Source: Candidatus Nomurabacteria bacterium
Lineage (GTDB): Bacteria; Patescibacteriota; Minisyncoccia; Phycocordibacterales; UBA9973
NCBI GenBank assembly: GCA_026396015.1
Contig: JAPLXP010000011.1
Location: forward strand, 15,897-79,896
DNA length: 64,000 bases
Direction: 5' to 3'
The notes below the pieces were generated by a model. It searched no databases. It was not told the DNA's origin and saw only the letters and a list, made by a program, of their open reading frames with translations. The position numbers and the translations under genes were made by a program. Within the stretch, counting starts at the first letter, position 1. Every line of letters starts with the position of its first letter. Positions 37,278 through 46,514 of the stretch are shown one piece after another.

Positions 37278-37303
37278 AAAAAAGCCGCTTTACGCGGCTT
37301 TTT
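37278..37303 (-). terminator. intrinsic terminator after rpsI (AAGCCGC-TTTAC-GCGGCTT plus T-tract)
   Basis: Direct read. Confidence 0.65.
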
Positions 37304-37304
37304 C

Positions 37305-37715
37305 TTAACGTTTTGACCACTGTGGAGCTTTGCGAGCCTTCTTCATACCGAACTTTTTACGTTCAACTTGACGAGGATCACGCTTTAGCATCTTTGCTTT
37401 CTTCAATACTACGCGTAGTTCACCATCGTTTAGTACTAGAGCACGAGAGATTCCATGACGGACTGCCTCAGCTTGAGCATGTACTCCACCACCTTTTGTA
37501 GTAGCTACCATCTCAAATTTCTCTGGTGAAGCTGCTGTCTCGAATGCGCCTGTGACGATCTTCTTTAGTTCAGCTGTTGGGAAGTATACATCGAGTTCTT
37601 TTCCATTGATAGAATAAGATGTCTTTGCAGCCTTGTATAGACGTACTACAGCTGTAGCTGTCTTACGACGACCAATAGCGCGAATGTATTCTTTTGTAGA
37701 TTTCTTTTCACTCAT
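37305..37715 (-). CDS. rpsI: 30S ribosomal protein S9
   Basis: 136 aa ending ...RKAPQWSKR. Confidence 0.95.
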   Translation of the reverse strand: MSEKKSTKEYIRAIGRRKTATAVVRLYKAAKTSYSINGKELDVYFPTAELKKIVTGAFETAASPEKFEMVATTKGGGVHAQAEAVRHGISRALVLNDGELRVVLKKAKMLKRDPRQVERKKFGMKKARKAPQWSKR

Positions 37716-37719
37716 ATAA

Positions 37720-38079
37720 TTAATCTGTTATTATTAAACGCTTCATCATACGAGGGCGAAGCTTGTTATTTGGTAGCATGTTGTAAACAGCAAGACGATA
37801 AAGCTCTGCTACTCCTTTGCCTTTTTGAGCAAGGATCTTTGCATTTGTCTTGAATTTCAATCCACCTGGACGTCCTGAATATGTCTCGTGCTTTGTCTCA
37901 AGAGTTCTCTTTTCTGTCATTTTTGTCTTGCCTGCGTTTACGATACTTACATGTACGTCAGCAACGTTGTTCTTTGTAAACTCAACTTCGTTCTTGCCTA
38001 GTAGTGCATGTGCAGCAACAGAAGCCACTCTTCCTAGTGTTTTACCTGATGCATCAATTGTGTGTTTTATAGTAGCCAT
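37720..38079 (-). CDS. rplM: 50S ribosomal protein L13
   Basis: 119 aa; YSGRPGGLK motif. Confidence 0.9.
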   Translation of the reverse strand: MATIKHTIDASGKTLGRVASVAAHALLGKNEVEFTKNNVADVHVSIVNAGKTKMTEKRTLETKHETYSGRPGGLKFKTNAKILAQKGKGVAELYRLAVYNMLPNNKLRPRMMKRLIITD

Positions 38080-38090
38080 ATATTTAAAGA

Positions 38091-38444
38091 TTATACAAAT
38101 TCAATAACAGACATTTTACTTGCATCACTGAGTCTCACTGGGAGCTTTGTAATACGAGTATACCCCCCTGCACGACCCTTGTATTTTGGAGCGATTTTAT
38201 CTATGAGTGTCTTTGCCTCAGCTGTGCGGTTGTAAAGACGAGAAACAATAAGGCGGTGTGAGTGTAGTGTGCCTTCGTTTGCTAGTGTTACTAGCTTTTC
38301 CATGTAAGGGCGAAGTTCTTTTGCCTTTGCTTCTGTAGTCTCGATGCGTCCGTGTTTGATCAAAGATAGCATAAGACCCCGCAGCAGTGCTGTTCGTTGA
38401 TTCTTCACTCTTCCAAATTTTCTGTTGTGATTTCCGTGTCTCAT
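38091..38444 (-). CDS. rplQ: 50S ribosomal protein L17
   Basis: 117 aa; N-terminal MRHGNHNRKFGR. Confidence 0.93.
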   Translation of the reverse strand: MRHGNHNRKFGRVKNQRTALLRGLMLSLIKHGRIETTEAKAKELRPYMEKLVTLANEGTLHSHRLIVSRLYNRTAEAKTLIDKIAPKYKGRAGGYTRITKLPVRLSDASKMSVIEFV

Positions 38445-38467
38445 AAATAAATTCTAAATACTAATAA

Positions 38468-39448
38468 TTATTCTTTTAGTGTAATATTGTAATTTCCAAG
38501 GGCTTTCTTGATTTCGTTGATACCTTTCTCACCGATACCTTCTATTTCAAGTAAGTCTTCTTTTTTCTTTCGTGCGATACCTCCGATTGTGCGAATGTTT
38601 GCATCAGTTAGAGCATTCAATGTGCGAGTAGATAGGTCTAGTGTGTCGATGCGAGTCTTTAGGATGTCTGTAAATTCACTTCCTGTACCTTCACTTGATT
38701 CAGTAGCAGATTCTTCTTTTACTGATGATTGTAATTCAACTGGCTTTTCTTTTTTCTCGATTGTAAATCCTACGATTGCTTGGAGTTGTTCTGTCATTGT
38801 GACGATAGACTTCTCTAATGCTTCTCGTGGTGTAAGTGATCCGTCAGTCTCGATTGTCATACGTAGACGGTTGTGGTTTGTCTTGTCTCCGACACGCATG
38901 TCTTCAACTTCGTAAGATACACGACGGATTGGAGTAAAGATTGCATCCAATGCGATTGCTCCTACTTCCATCTTTGTCTTCTGGTATACATCCTTTGATA
39001 TAAATCCAAGACCCTTTTCGATAACCATTTCTATAACAAGAGTCTCTTTTCCTGTTATTTCTGCGATGTGTAGATCTCCGTTTAGTACTTCTACTTGGCC
39101 AGAGCATGTAATATCTCCTGCTGTTACTGTTTTAGGTCCTTTAGCTGTTAGTGTTACTGTTTGAGGTTCGTCTGTTGAAAGGCGAAAACGAACTTGCTTC
39201 AACTGAAGCAATAGAGTGATTACATCTTCTTTTACACCGTCAATAACTGAAAATTCGTGATCTACCCCAGAAATTTTTAGTGATGTGATAGCAGCACCAG
39301 GAATTGATGAAAGGATAATACGACGTAGTGAATTACCTAGAGTATGTCCATACCCTGGATAAAGACCGTCTATTTCATAAGTGCCTTTTGTTGCACTTTC
39401 TGAAACTACATTCATTTTTGATGGTAATATGATGTTTAAATCAGACAT
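38468..39448 (-). CDS. rpoA: DNA-directed RNA polymerase alpha subunit
   Basis: 326 aa; N-terminal domain and alpha-CTD (TRTLNAL...IRTIGG). Confidence 0.95.
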   Translation of the reverse strand: MSDLNIILPSKMNVVSESATKGTYEIDGLYPGYGHTLGNSLRRIILSSIPGAAITSLKISGVDHEFSVIDGVKEDVITLLLQLKQVRFRLSTDEPQTVTLTAKGPKTVTAGDITCSGQVEVLNGDLHIAEITGKETLVIEMVIEKGLGFISKDVYQKTKMEVGAIALDAIFTPIRRVSYEVEDMRVGDKTNHNRLRMTIETDGSLTPREALEKSIVTMTEQLQAIVGFTIEKKEKPVELQSSVKEESATESSEGTGSEFTDILKTRIDTLDLSTRTLNALTDANIRTIGGIARKKKEDLLEIEGIGEKGINEIKKALGNYNITLKE

Positions 39449-39518
39449 ATTATTTGCGCGAGTTGCCCCGCAGTATATTAATTATTTATTAAAAAATAAC
39501 CATACGCTATTAATAAAA

Positions 39519-40127
39519 CTAACGACTATAAAACTCTAGCACTGTATTTAGATCAAGGTAAGCATCGATATTCTTTGGCTTGCCTTGCATTGATCCACTG
39601 AGTGTATCAGCTTTGAATGCCAACCAGTTAGGGATTGTGTATTCTTCTAATTTCTTTGCATAGTTAGTAAAGAGAACACTCTTTTTACTACCTTCACGTA
39701 CTGCAATCACATCTCCAACGTTGATACGCTGTGAAGCAACTGTAGACTTCTTTCCGTTTACTGTAATATGTCCATGAGAAACCATTTGGCGAGATAGACG
39801 GCGTGTATGTGCAAGACCTAGACGGTATGTGACATTGTCCAAACGACGTTCTAGTAATTCAAATAGGAATTCTGTAGCTGGAGTTCCTTTGTGAGCAGCA
39901 GTCTCCTTGATGTAATTACCAAATTGTTTTTCTGAGATTCCGTATGTAAAACGAACCTTTTGCTTTTCGATGAATTGAGTAGCGTATCCTGAAAGAGCTT
40001 TTGGGCGCTTGTCCTTCTTGTTCTTTGAGTGACGTGCTTCTGATGCAACGAATTTAGGTGTTTGGCATTTTTCAAACACTCCTGTTCCTAGTCTTCGGCA
40101 AATTTTATATTTTTGAGCTGTTTTCAT
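39519..40127 (-). CDS. rpsD: 30S ribosomal protein S4
   Basis: 202 aa; S4 domain (RLDNVTYRLGLAHTRR...GHITVNGK). Confidence 0.95.
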   Translation of the reverse strand: MKTAQKYKICRRLGTGVFEKCQTPKFVASEARHSKNKKDKRPKALSGYATQFIEKQKVRFTYGISEKQFGNYIKETAAHKGTPATEFLFELLERRLDNVTYRLGLAHTRRLSRQMVSHGHITVNGKKSTVASQRINVGDVIAVREGSKKSVLFTNYAKKLEEYTIPNWLAFKADTLSGSMQGKPKNIDAYLDLNTVLEFYSR

Positions 40128-40130
40128 ATA

Positions 40131-40547
40131 TTATACTCTTCGTGGTTTCTTAGGTTTAGGACCATTGTGTGGGACTGGTGTCATGTCGCGGATGCTGGAT
40201 ATTTCGATATCGTAAGCCATAAATGAACGGATTGTAGGTTCACGGCCACTACCAACTCCTTTTACAACTACGTCTACTTCTTTAATTCCTAGTGCCTTTG
40301 CTTTTTCTCCGATAACTGATCCAGCTTTTCCGGCTGCGAAAGGTGTACCCTTCTTTGCACCCTTGAATCCTAGTGCTCCTGCTGAAGTCCAGAAAATAGT
40401 GTTTCCTTCTTTATCAGAAAGAACTACTTTTGTATTGTTGAAAGTAGCTTCAACGTGCAGAGTTCCGGCTACTACCTTTTTCTTTGGAACTTTTGCCTTT
40501 GGAGCGTCTTTCTTTTGTTTAGTTGTGTTTGTTGTTGTTTTTGCCAT
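40131..40547 (-). CDS. rpsK: 30S ribosomal protein S11
   Basis: 138 aa; ...SIRDMTPVPHNGPKPKKPRRV. Confidence 0.95.
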   Translation of the reverse strand: MAKTTTNTTKQKKDAPKAKVPKKKVVAGTLHVEATFNNTKVVLSDKEGNTIFWTSAGALGFKGAKKGTPFAAGKAGSVIGEKAKALGIKEVDVVVKGVGSGREPTIRSFMAYDIEISSIRDMTPVPHNGPKPKKPRRV

Positions 40548-40578
40548 ATGTATTAATTAGTTTCTAGTAGTTAGTTTT

Positions 40579-40600
40579 TAGGTTCTAGTGACTAGGACCT
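40579..40600. repeat. intergenic motif TAGGTTCTAGTGACTAGGACCT (copy 1 of 2)
   Basis: Direct read; its partner lies at 44086-44108. Confidence 0.7.
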
Positions 40601-40618
40601 AGTTACTAATCACTAATT

Positions 40619-40999
40619 TTATGTCTTACTTTCCTTTCGGCGACCACTTGCCATTGTCTTGCGGACATTTCCACGAACTGTACGTGAATTTGTTTTAGTT
40701 CTCTGACCGTATACTGGAAGCTTCTTCATATGACGAACTCCACGGTGTGACTTGATATCTTTTAATCGTTTGATGTTAGATGCAACTTCACGCTTTAGCG
40801 CCCCTTCTATAGTCATAGATTCGATAACCTTACGGATATCATTCTCTTGGTCTACAGTTAGTGAGTCAGCCTTTGCTGCGACATCTACTCCTGCTTCTTT
40901 TAAAATCTTTCTTGAACGAGAAATACCAATACCGTATAGAGCGGTAAGGCCAATTTCAAGTCTTTTATTATTTGGTATTGTGATTCCTAGAATTCTCAT
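40619..40999 (-). CDS. rpsM: 30S ribosomal protein S13
   Basis: 126 aa; MRILGITIPNNKR. Confidence 0.95.
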   Translation of the reverse strand: MRILGITIPNNKRLEIGLTALYGIGISRSRKILKEAGVDVAAKADSLTVDQENDIRKVIESMTIEGALKREVASNIKRLKDIKSHRGVRHMKKLPVYGQRTKTNSRTVRGNVRKTMASGRRKESKT

Positions 41000-41031
41000 A
41001 ACTCAATCGTTTCTATTACTATTAATTAATT

Positions 41032-41142
41032 TTATTGCTTCTGCTTGTGTTTAGGGTTTGAACAAATTACACGAAGATGGCCCTCGCGCTTTACCATTTT
41101 GCATTTCGCACAGATCTTTTTAATTGATGCTTTGATTTTCAT
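41032..41142 (-). CDS. rpmJ: 50S ribosomal protein L36 (absent from the ORF track because it is under 60 aa)
   Basis: Hand translation of the reverse complement: [36 protein letters not shown]. Confidence 0.9.
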   Translation of the reverse strand: MKIKASIKKICAKCKMVKREGHLRVICSNPKHKQKQ

Positions 41143-41286
41143 AAATTTAATCAAACGACAAATAAAATTAGGGTATTAAAACCCTATATTTCTTCTTGTA
41201 ATCGTATGTCAAGTAATACTACACTATATTAATAAAAAATGCAAGCCCAAATTTACTCACTCCGTAGTTTGGACTTACGTTACCTC

Positions 41287-41505
41287 TTATAGGCGCTTTG
41301 TGATTCTACCCTTTCCTCCGTAGGGGTCGATTAGGACCTCTACTCTGTCTCCTACTAGTACCTTGATACGGTTCATACGCATCTTTCCAGACAAGTATGA
41401 TATCAAGATTTTGTCACCACCTAAATCCACTCGGAAGAGGGTGTTTGGAAGGGATTCTGTAACTACCCCAACCTTTGTATTCTCATCAGTTTTAATTTCA
41501 TTCAT
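41287..41505 (-). CDS. infA: translation initiation factor IF-1
   Basis: 72 aa with the S1-like fold (GVVTESLPNTLFRVDL...RMNRIKVLVGDRVEV). Confidence 0.95.
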   Translation of the reverse strand: MNEIKTDENTKVGVVTESLPNTLFRVDLGGDKILISYLSGKMRMNRIKVLVGDRVEVLIDPYGGKGRITKRL

Positions 41506-41547
41506 GTATGTATAGCTATTATACTTGAAAAATATACAAAGGTCAAA

Positions 41548-42864
41548 TTATCTATTTATTACTTCAATCTTATTTAAATCGGAAGGTAGATAATCCTGCC
41601 ATGGGAAGCGGAATTTGGCTGAAATATGCTCTATTCCTGGATCTTTTTTTGCTGTGGAATCTAGGTCATTGATATTAATACCTTTGACTGTGGCTTTGAG
41701 TAAATTTAAATCAGGATTCCATGTCATTGTAGTCTTGCCTGTCATGTTGAATGACAGTACATTCAAGTCTTTTGTTATCGCTTGATTCTTGTCTGTAAAA
41801 TTGAATGAGAATACTGATAGGTCTGGAATTTCTATCTCGGCATATTCCCTATTATCAAGATTTGGAGATACACGATGTATTATAGCCTGCGCTAGATCAT
41901 CCTTTTTGAATATGACTGCACTAATCGTGCCTTTAATCTGCACTACTCCATCCTTTTCACTTGATTGAGTATTTGGATCGTATGAATAGTTGAAATTCGT
42001 AGCATTACCATATAGGATATACCCATTTTTCACCTCTGCTGCTAATTTTCTATTTATTTGTTCTTTGAACACAGTATTCGCTGCTGCCTCAATAGTGCCG
42101 AGACCCACAGAATCAAGACTGTACATATTGCCATCTGCACCACCTGTGATACTACTACCCGATACGGCATAAATCTTGGCATACTTATCAGTCTTTTGTA
42201 ATCCAGGTACTAGGAATGCTTTTGCTTCTGTATTGTATGAATTTCCTGGTTCAAGAGCTGTAACTGTGGTTTTGATTGTACCGGGTAATATATTTCCAGC
42301 TTTATCTTTTGTATATCCTGGAACAGTTAAAGCCTGATCCGTCAAATAAATCCTACCTGTATCCTCGGTAATCTTTGTATTTACAGCAAGCTTTTGAGGC
42401 TTTAAACTATACTCATTCTTAAATATGACAGTACCTTTTGCCTTCAAGGAGACATTCTTACCAGAAGAAAAGCTAATTTTTTGATTCATTGAATCATTTA
42501 ATATCATAATCTCGAAATGTGGAGATTTCTCACCACCCTTGTATCCTACAAATGATTCATTCTGAAAATCTACATTTTGAACTTTGTTCTGTATTGTTAT
42601 GGTGATCTTTTGAAAAGTAATATAAGAAAAATATAGTGCACCCACCAATAATGACAAGATGAACACTATGAACAAATAATTATTCATATGTGGGCCACTC
42701 TTTCTAATTCTAGTCTGTGGAGTTCTTGGTACATGAATTCTTCTTTTAATAACAACTGGTGAATCCGCTGTATAGTTATCACTAAAATCATTATCCACAA
42801 TCTTTATCGGGATATTTTCTCTTAGAGGTTTCTTTATTTGAATATCTTGGATAATTTTTTTCAT
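41548..42864 (-). CDS. hypothetical membrane-anchored protein (possible pilus assembly partner of the upstream actin-like ATPase)
   Basis: 438 aa; single TM helix around residues 60-85; 3-bp gap to the upstream gene. Confidence 0.5.
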   Translation of the reverse strand: MKKIIQDIQIKKPLRENIPIKIVDNDFSDNYTADSPVVIKRRIHVPRTPQTRIRKSGPHMNNYLFIVFILSLLVGALYFSYITFQKITITIQNKVQNVDFQNESFVGYKGGEKSPHFEIMILNDSMNQKISFSSGKNVSLKAKGTVIFKNEYSLKPQKLAVNTKITEDTGRIYLTDQALTVPGYTKDKAGNILPGTIKTTVTALEPGNSYNTEAKAFLVPGLQKTDKYAKIYAVSGSSITGGADGNMYSLDSVGLGTIEAAANTVFKEQINRKLAAEVKNGYILYGNATNFNYSYDPNTQSSEKDGVVQIKGTISAVIFKKDDLAQAIIHRVSPNLDNREYAEIEIPDLSVFSFNFTDKNQAITKDLNVLSFNMTGKTTMTWNPDLNLLKATVKGININDLDSTAKKDPGIEHISAKFRFPWQDYLPSDLNKIEVINR

Positions 42865-42866
42865 TT

Positions 42867-44048
42867 TTAAAATATATCTTTGCGCTTAATGGTCATAGCC
42901 TCCATCATGATCATTGGATCACAAGGGCCGTCCTCAACCTTACAATAACCCAGAAAATCTGCACCCATCAGGCCCACCACCTCACACTCATTTTTAAATA
43001 GCCCAGAAAGGTCTGTATTTTTCTCGGAGAAAATACTCAAGAACCAAGAGTGAACATCCTTATTCATCAAAATAAATACAGCAGAAGGTATTATCTTTGG
43101 CTCTGGGATAGTCTTGATCGCCTCAATCAGGTCTTCTGACCACATTTTTCGTATCGGAGATAGAGCCTTGTCCATCTTTTCTCGCTCTTTGGATTCTAAT
43201 GTGCCCTCCTGATACATTGAAAACAATGATTCAATCTCTTTTACATCTTTGTTAAGCCACTTCTTCAAATATCTAAAAAATGTCTGTCTTCCAAATGGGA
43301 AAGATATAATATTCTTAGGAATACCGTCTAGTATAATAGATACATCAGTGACTTCACCTCCGACATCCACAATCATGAATGAATCAGTGTTGTGATACTT
43401 GTCTCTAGCAGTCAGATACAATGATGACATCGCTGAACTAAAATAAAATGGAATTTCATGAAATGTAGATTTAATCACATCCTCAATGGACTTTATGCAT
43501 TTTTTTGAAGCAAGAGTCAGGATCATATCCATCTCTACAGATTTTGTCTTTTTGTCTATCGGGTCAGCAACTACATACCCATTGAGCTTTACTTGTACGA
43601 TATCCTTGCCTATTATGATTACTCCATTTTCATCTTCGCCGTACAGCTTCTCGTGTACTTTTTTTATCTTGTGTGACTCCTGACTTAGTATTTTTTTCAA
43701 TAATCCGTCTTTGAATACAAACGGATACTTTTCTTCAAAAAGAATATGCCTGGTCTCTGATAGATACCATGGTGAAGATAATATAATAGATATTTTATCC
43801 GGAGCACCTGCACCAGAAGTAGCGATGTGATTAGACACATCTTTTAATGTTCGGATCATATCATCCATAAATACACCAAAATCCAACTTGTCTTGGAATG
43901 GGATATCTTGTCTGTATGACTTTATTATTTTAGGAATCTTCTTTGTATCAGAAGAGAAATCAACAAGAGAACCACCAACAGAATCAGATCCTATGTCAAA
44001 AATTGCAACTATTTTTTTTGTATCTTTTTTAAGAAATGAAAATTGCAT
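42867..44048 (-). CDS. actin-fold ATPase (PilM/FtsA-like)
   Basis: 393 aa; N-terminal phosphate-1 motif IVAIFDIGSDSVGGSLV. Confidence 0.5.
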   Translation of the reverse strand: MQFSFLKKDTKKIVAIFDIGSDSVGGSLVDFSSDTKKIPKIIKSYRQDIPFQDKLDFGVFMDDMIRTLKDVSNHIATSGAGAPDKISIILSSPWYLSETRHILFEEKYPFVFKDGLLKKILSQESHKIKKVHEKLYGEDENGVIIIGKDIVQVKLNGYVVADPIDKKTKSVEMDMILTLASKKCIKSIEDVIKSTFHEIPFYFSSAMSSLYLTARDKYHNTDSFMIVDVGGEVTDVSIILDGIPKNIISFPFGRQTFFRYLKKWLNKDVKEIESLFSMYQEGTLESKEREKMDKALSPIRKMWSEDLIEAIKTIPEPKIIPSAVFILMNKDVHSWFLSIFSEKNTDLSGLFKNECEVVGLMGADFLGYCKVEDGPCDPMIMMEAMTIKRKDIF

Positions 44049-44085
44049 ATTGTAGTTTTATTATACTACAAATTAGGTTTTAGTA

Positions 44086-44108
44086 GCTAGGTTCTAGGGA
44101 CTAAGGAC
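44086..44108. repeat. intergenic motif TAGGTTCTAGGGACTAAGGACA (copy 2 of 2)
   Basis: Direct read; upstream of the 42867..44048 gene start. Confidence 0.7.
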
Positions 44109-44155
44109 ACAACAAATTATGAAATTACTAGCAACTAATTACTAGAAACTACAAC

Positions 44156-45949
44156 CTAATCTAGTATTCCTTTTATTCGACGAACACCAGCTGATGATGC
44201 TTCTTCTTTTTGTAGTTTGAAATGACCTATCTTTTTTGTATTGGTCACATGAGGACCACCACAGAATTCGATACTGAATTCTGAGTGCCCCCTCGCCTTT
44301 ACAAGGAGAGGGTCGGGGTGAGGTGCGTCTTCTATAAAGTATACAGATACCATATCTGGGTATTTTGCACCGAATTCCATCTGGGCGCCGATCTTTTCGG
44401 CTTCCTCACGAGGTAGCTCACGGCGGATTACATTCAATCCAGCATTTATCTTTTCATTTACGATATCTTCTACCTTTTTCTTCTCTTCATCTGTCATCTT
44501 GCGGTCAAATGTGAAGTCTATACGGAGTCTTTCTTCTGTGATATTACTACCTCTTTGTTTTACTTCTGCGCCGAGGACTTGTTGTAGTGCAGCTAGCAAC
44601 AAATGGTGTGCTGTGTGAAGGCTGATTGTCTTTTCATTATGATTGGCGAGGCCTCCTTTGAACATTCCTGCAGATGCAGTCTGAGAAAGCTTTTGGTGTT
44701 CAGCCATTTTAACTTTAAAATCTTCCAGATCAATAGTTTGGCCTTTTTCTGCTGCCAATTCAAGAGTGAGCTCTATCGGAAAGCCGTAAGTAGTAGCAAG
44801 AATAAAAGGATCAGTTCCTTTTTCGAATTCTTTTAGACCAGAATCAAGAGTATTTTTAAATTTTTCTATTTCATCTATGATTATTTTATAATTACTCGCT
44901 TTAATGTTTAAGAGTTCGGGGTAAGCATCTTTATATGTATCAACAAAATTAGAAAGTATGGCTGTTATATTTTCTAAAACATAACCGATTGGATTGTAGC
45001 CTATTTTATTTAAATGAACCCAGGCACGCCTTATTAATCTTCGCATAACATATCCCGTGTCTTTATTTGACGGAATAACACCGTCAGAAGCCATTAATAA
45101 AACAGCACGTAAATGGTCTAATATTATTCGTGCACTTTTTTCATTGTAATTACGGCAATTATTTCTAAAATCTTCCATGTCTGCAGAAAAAAGATCAGTT
45201 TCGTATGCACTTTTTTCTCCTTGCATCACGGCTGTCATACGTTCGAGCCCTGCTCCAGTATCCACATTTTTCTGCTTCAGTTTTCCAATGACTTTTCCAT
45301 CCTTCTTTTCATATTCCATGAATACATCATTCCAGATTTCGATTACAGTTTCTTTTTTAACTGCAGCTAAAAATCCTTCATGATCAAGGTCGCCAGTATT
45401 GCCTACCATATCGTAAAACATCTCAGAACAAGGACCACATGGGCCGTTGTCGCCAGGACTCCACCAGTTGTCATCAGCTGGCAGTGCATAAATGCGATTC
45501 TCTGGAATGCCCATCTTCATCCAGATATCTTTTGATTCTTGGTCATACGGAGCATTCTCATCGCCTTCGAAAATCGACACGTATAGGCGATTTTTATCTA
45601 GTCTGAGACCTTCTTCTTTAGAAGTCAGGAATTCATAAGACCAAGTGATAGCTTCGTCTTTAAAGTAATCACCCAGTGACCAGTTCCCCATCATTTCAAA
45701 GAATGAAAAATGGCGATTATCCCCGATATCTTCAAGGTCTCCTGTGCGGACACATTTTTGAATATCAGCTATTCTTTTGCCCATTGGATGCTCTTGGCCG
45801 AGTAGATATGGCACAAGAGGTTGCATACCTGCAGTATTAAAAAGGACTGAGGGATCATTCTCAGGCACGAGTGATGCACTAGGTATTATTTTATGGCCTC
45901 TTTTTTCAAAAAAGGCTAAGAATCTTGAGCGAATTTCATTTGATTGCAT
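44156..45949 (-). CDS. alaS: alanine--tRNA ligase, short form lacking the C-Ala domain, with an in-frame GC-rich insert
   Basis: 597 aa. N-terminal MQSNEIRSRFLAFFEKRGH; editing-domain end CGGPHV. The sequence DAPHPDPLLVKARGHSEF is encoded by element B. Confidence 0.9.
   Translation of the reverse strand: MQSNEIRSRFLAFFEKRGHKIIPSASLVPENDPSVLFNTAGMQPLVPYLLGQEHPMGKRIADIQKCVRTGDLEDIGDNRHFSFFEMMGNWSLGDYFKDEAITWSYEFLTSKEEGLRLDKNRLYVSIFEGDENAPYDQESKDIWMKMGIPENRIYALPADDNWWSPGDNGPCGPCSEMFYDMVGNTGDLDHEGFLAAVKKETVIEIWNDVFMEYEKKDGKVIGKLKQKNVDTGAGLERMTAVMQGEKSAYETDLFSADMEDFRNNCRNYNEKSARIILDHLRAVLLMASDGVIPSNKDTGYVMRRLIRRAWVHLNKIGYNPIGYVLENITAILSNFVDTYKDAYPELLNIKASNYKIIIDEIEKFKNTLDSGLKEFEKGTDPFILATTYGFPIELTLELAAEKGQTIDLEDFKVKMAEHQKLSQTASAGMFKGGLANHNEKTISLHTAHHLLLAALQQVLGAEVKQRGSNITEERLRIDFTFDRKMTDEEKKKVEDIVNEKINAGLNVIRRELPREEAEKIGAQMEFGAKYPDMVSVYFIEDAPHPDPLLVKARGHSEFSIEFCGGPHVTNTKKIGHFKLQKEEASSAGVRRIKGILD
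44287..44320 (+). repeat. GC-rich palindromic mini-element B, related to element A, in frame in alaS
   Basis: CCCCCTCGCCTTTACAAGGAGAGGGTCGGGG. It shares CCCCCTC...ACAAGGAG..GGG with element A. Confidence 0.6.
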
Positions 45950-45977
45950 TTACATAATATAGCAAAAATAAGCGCAA

Positions 45978-46006
45978 ATTAAAACACCCTCGTATTGAGG
46001 GTGTTT
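45978..46006 (-). terminator. intrinsic terminator after the MgtC-family gene (ACACCCTC/GAGGGTGT stem)
   Basis: Direct read. Confidence 0.55.
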
Positions 46007-46010
46007 TAAT

Positions 46011-46496
46011 TTAGTTATTGTCTTCAAAATAGTCTGCTTTAAAATAATCACTTTTCTTTATCTGCTCTTCAATGAACCATAGTACTACAAAGATAAACAA
46101 TGTCATGAAAGTAGCTATGATTGCGAGCTTTGTCATACCGAATCCTGCTGCCATACCAATACCAGCAGACACCCATAATCCAGTAGCAGTAGTCAGACCC
46201 ATTAGCTTTGAATCACGAGTCACAATCAATCCAGTACCAATGAATCCTACACCGACGAGGATATTACCTACGAGATATAGTGGATTCATACCTGTAAAGT
46301 AGCTGTACTGCTGGATCATCTGATCAGAAATGATAACAAATAATGCTGCACCCATAGATACGAGTGCATATGTACGCATACCAGCAGTCTTGTGTGCCCA
46401 TACACGCTCCATACCGATAATCATACCCAAGAAAAGTGCCACAACTAAACGACTTATAATATCCATTGTTTGAGGATCAAAAAAATGTTGTATCAT
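46011..46496 (-). CDS. MgtC/SapB-family membrane protein
   Basis: 161 aa; LFLGMIIGMERVWAHKTAGMRTYALVSMGAALF. Confidence 0.75.
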   Translation of the reverse strand: MIQHFFDPQTMDIISRLVVALFLGMIIGMERVWAHKTAGMRTYALVSMGAALFVIISDQMIQQYSYFTGMNPLYLVGNILVGVGFIGTGLIVTRDSKLMGLTTATGLWVSAGIGMAAGFGMTKLAIIATFMTLFIFVVLWFIEEQIKKSDYFKADYFEDNN

Positions 46497-46514
46497 TTTT
46501 TTATTATAACACTT

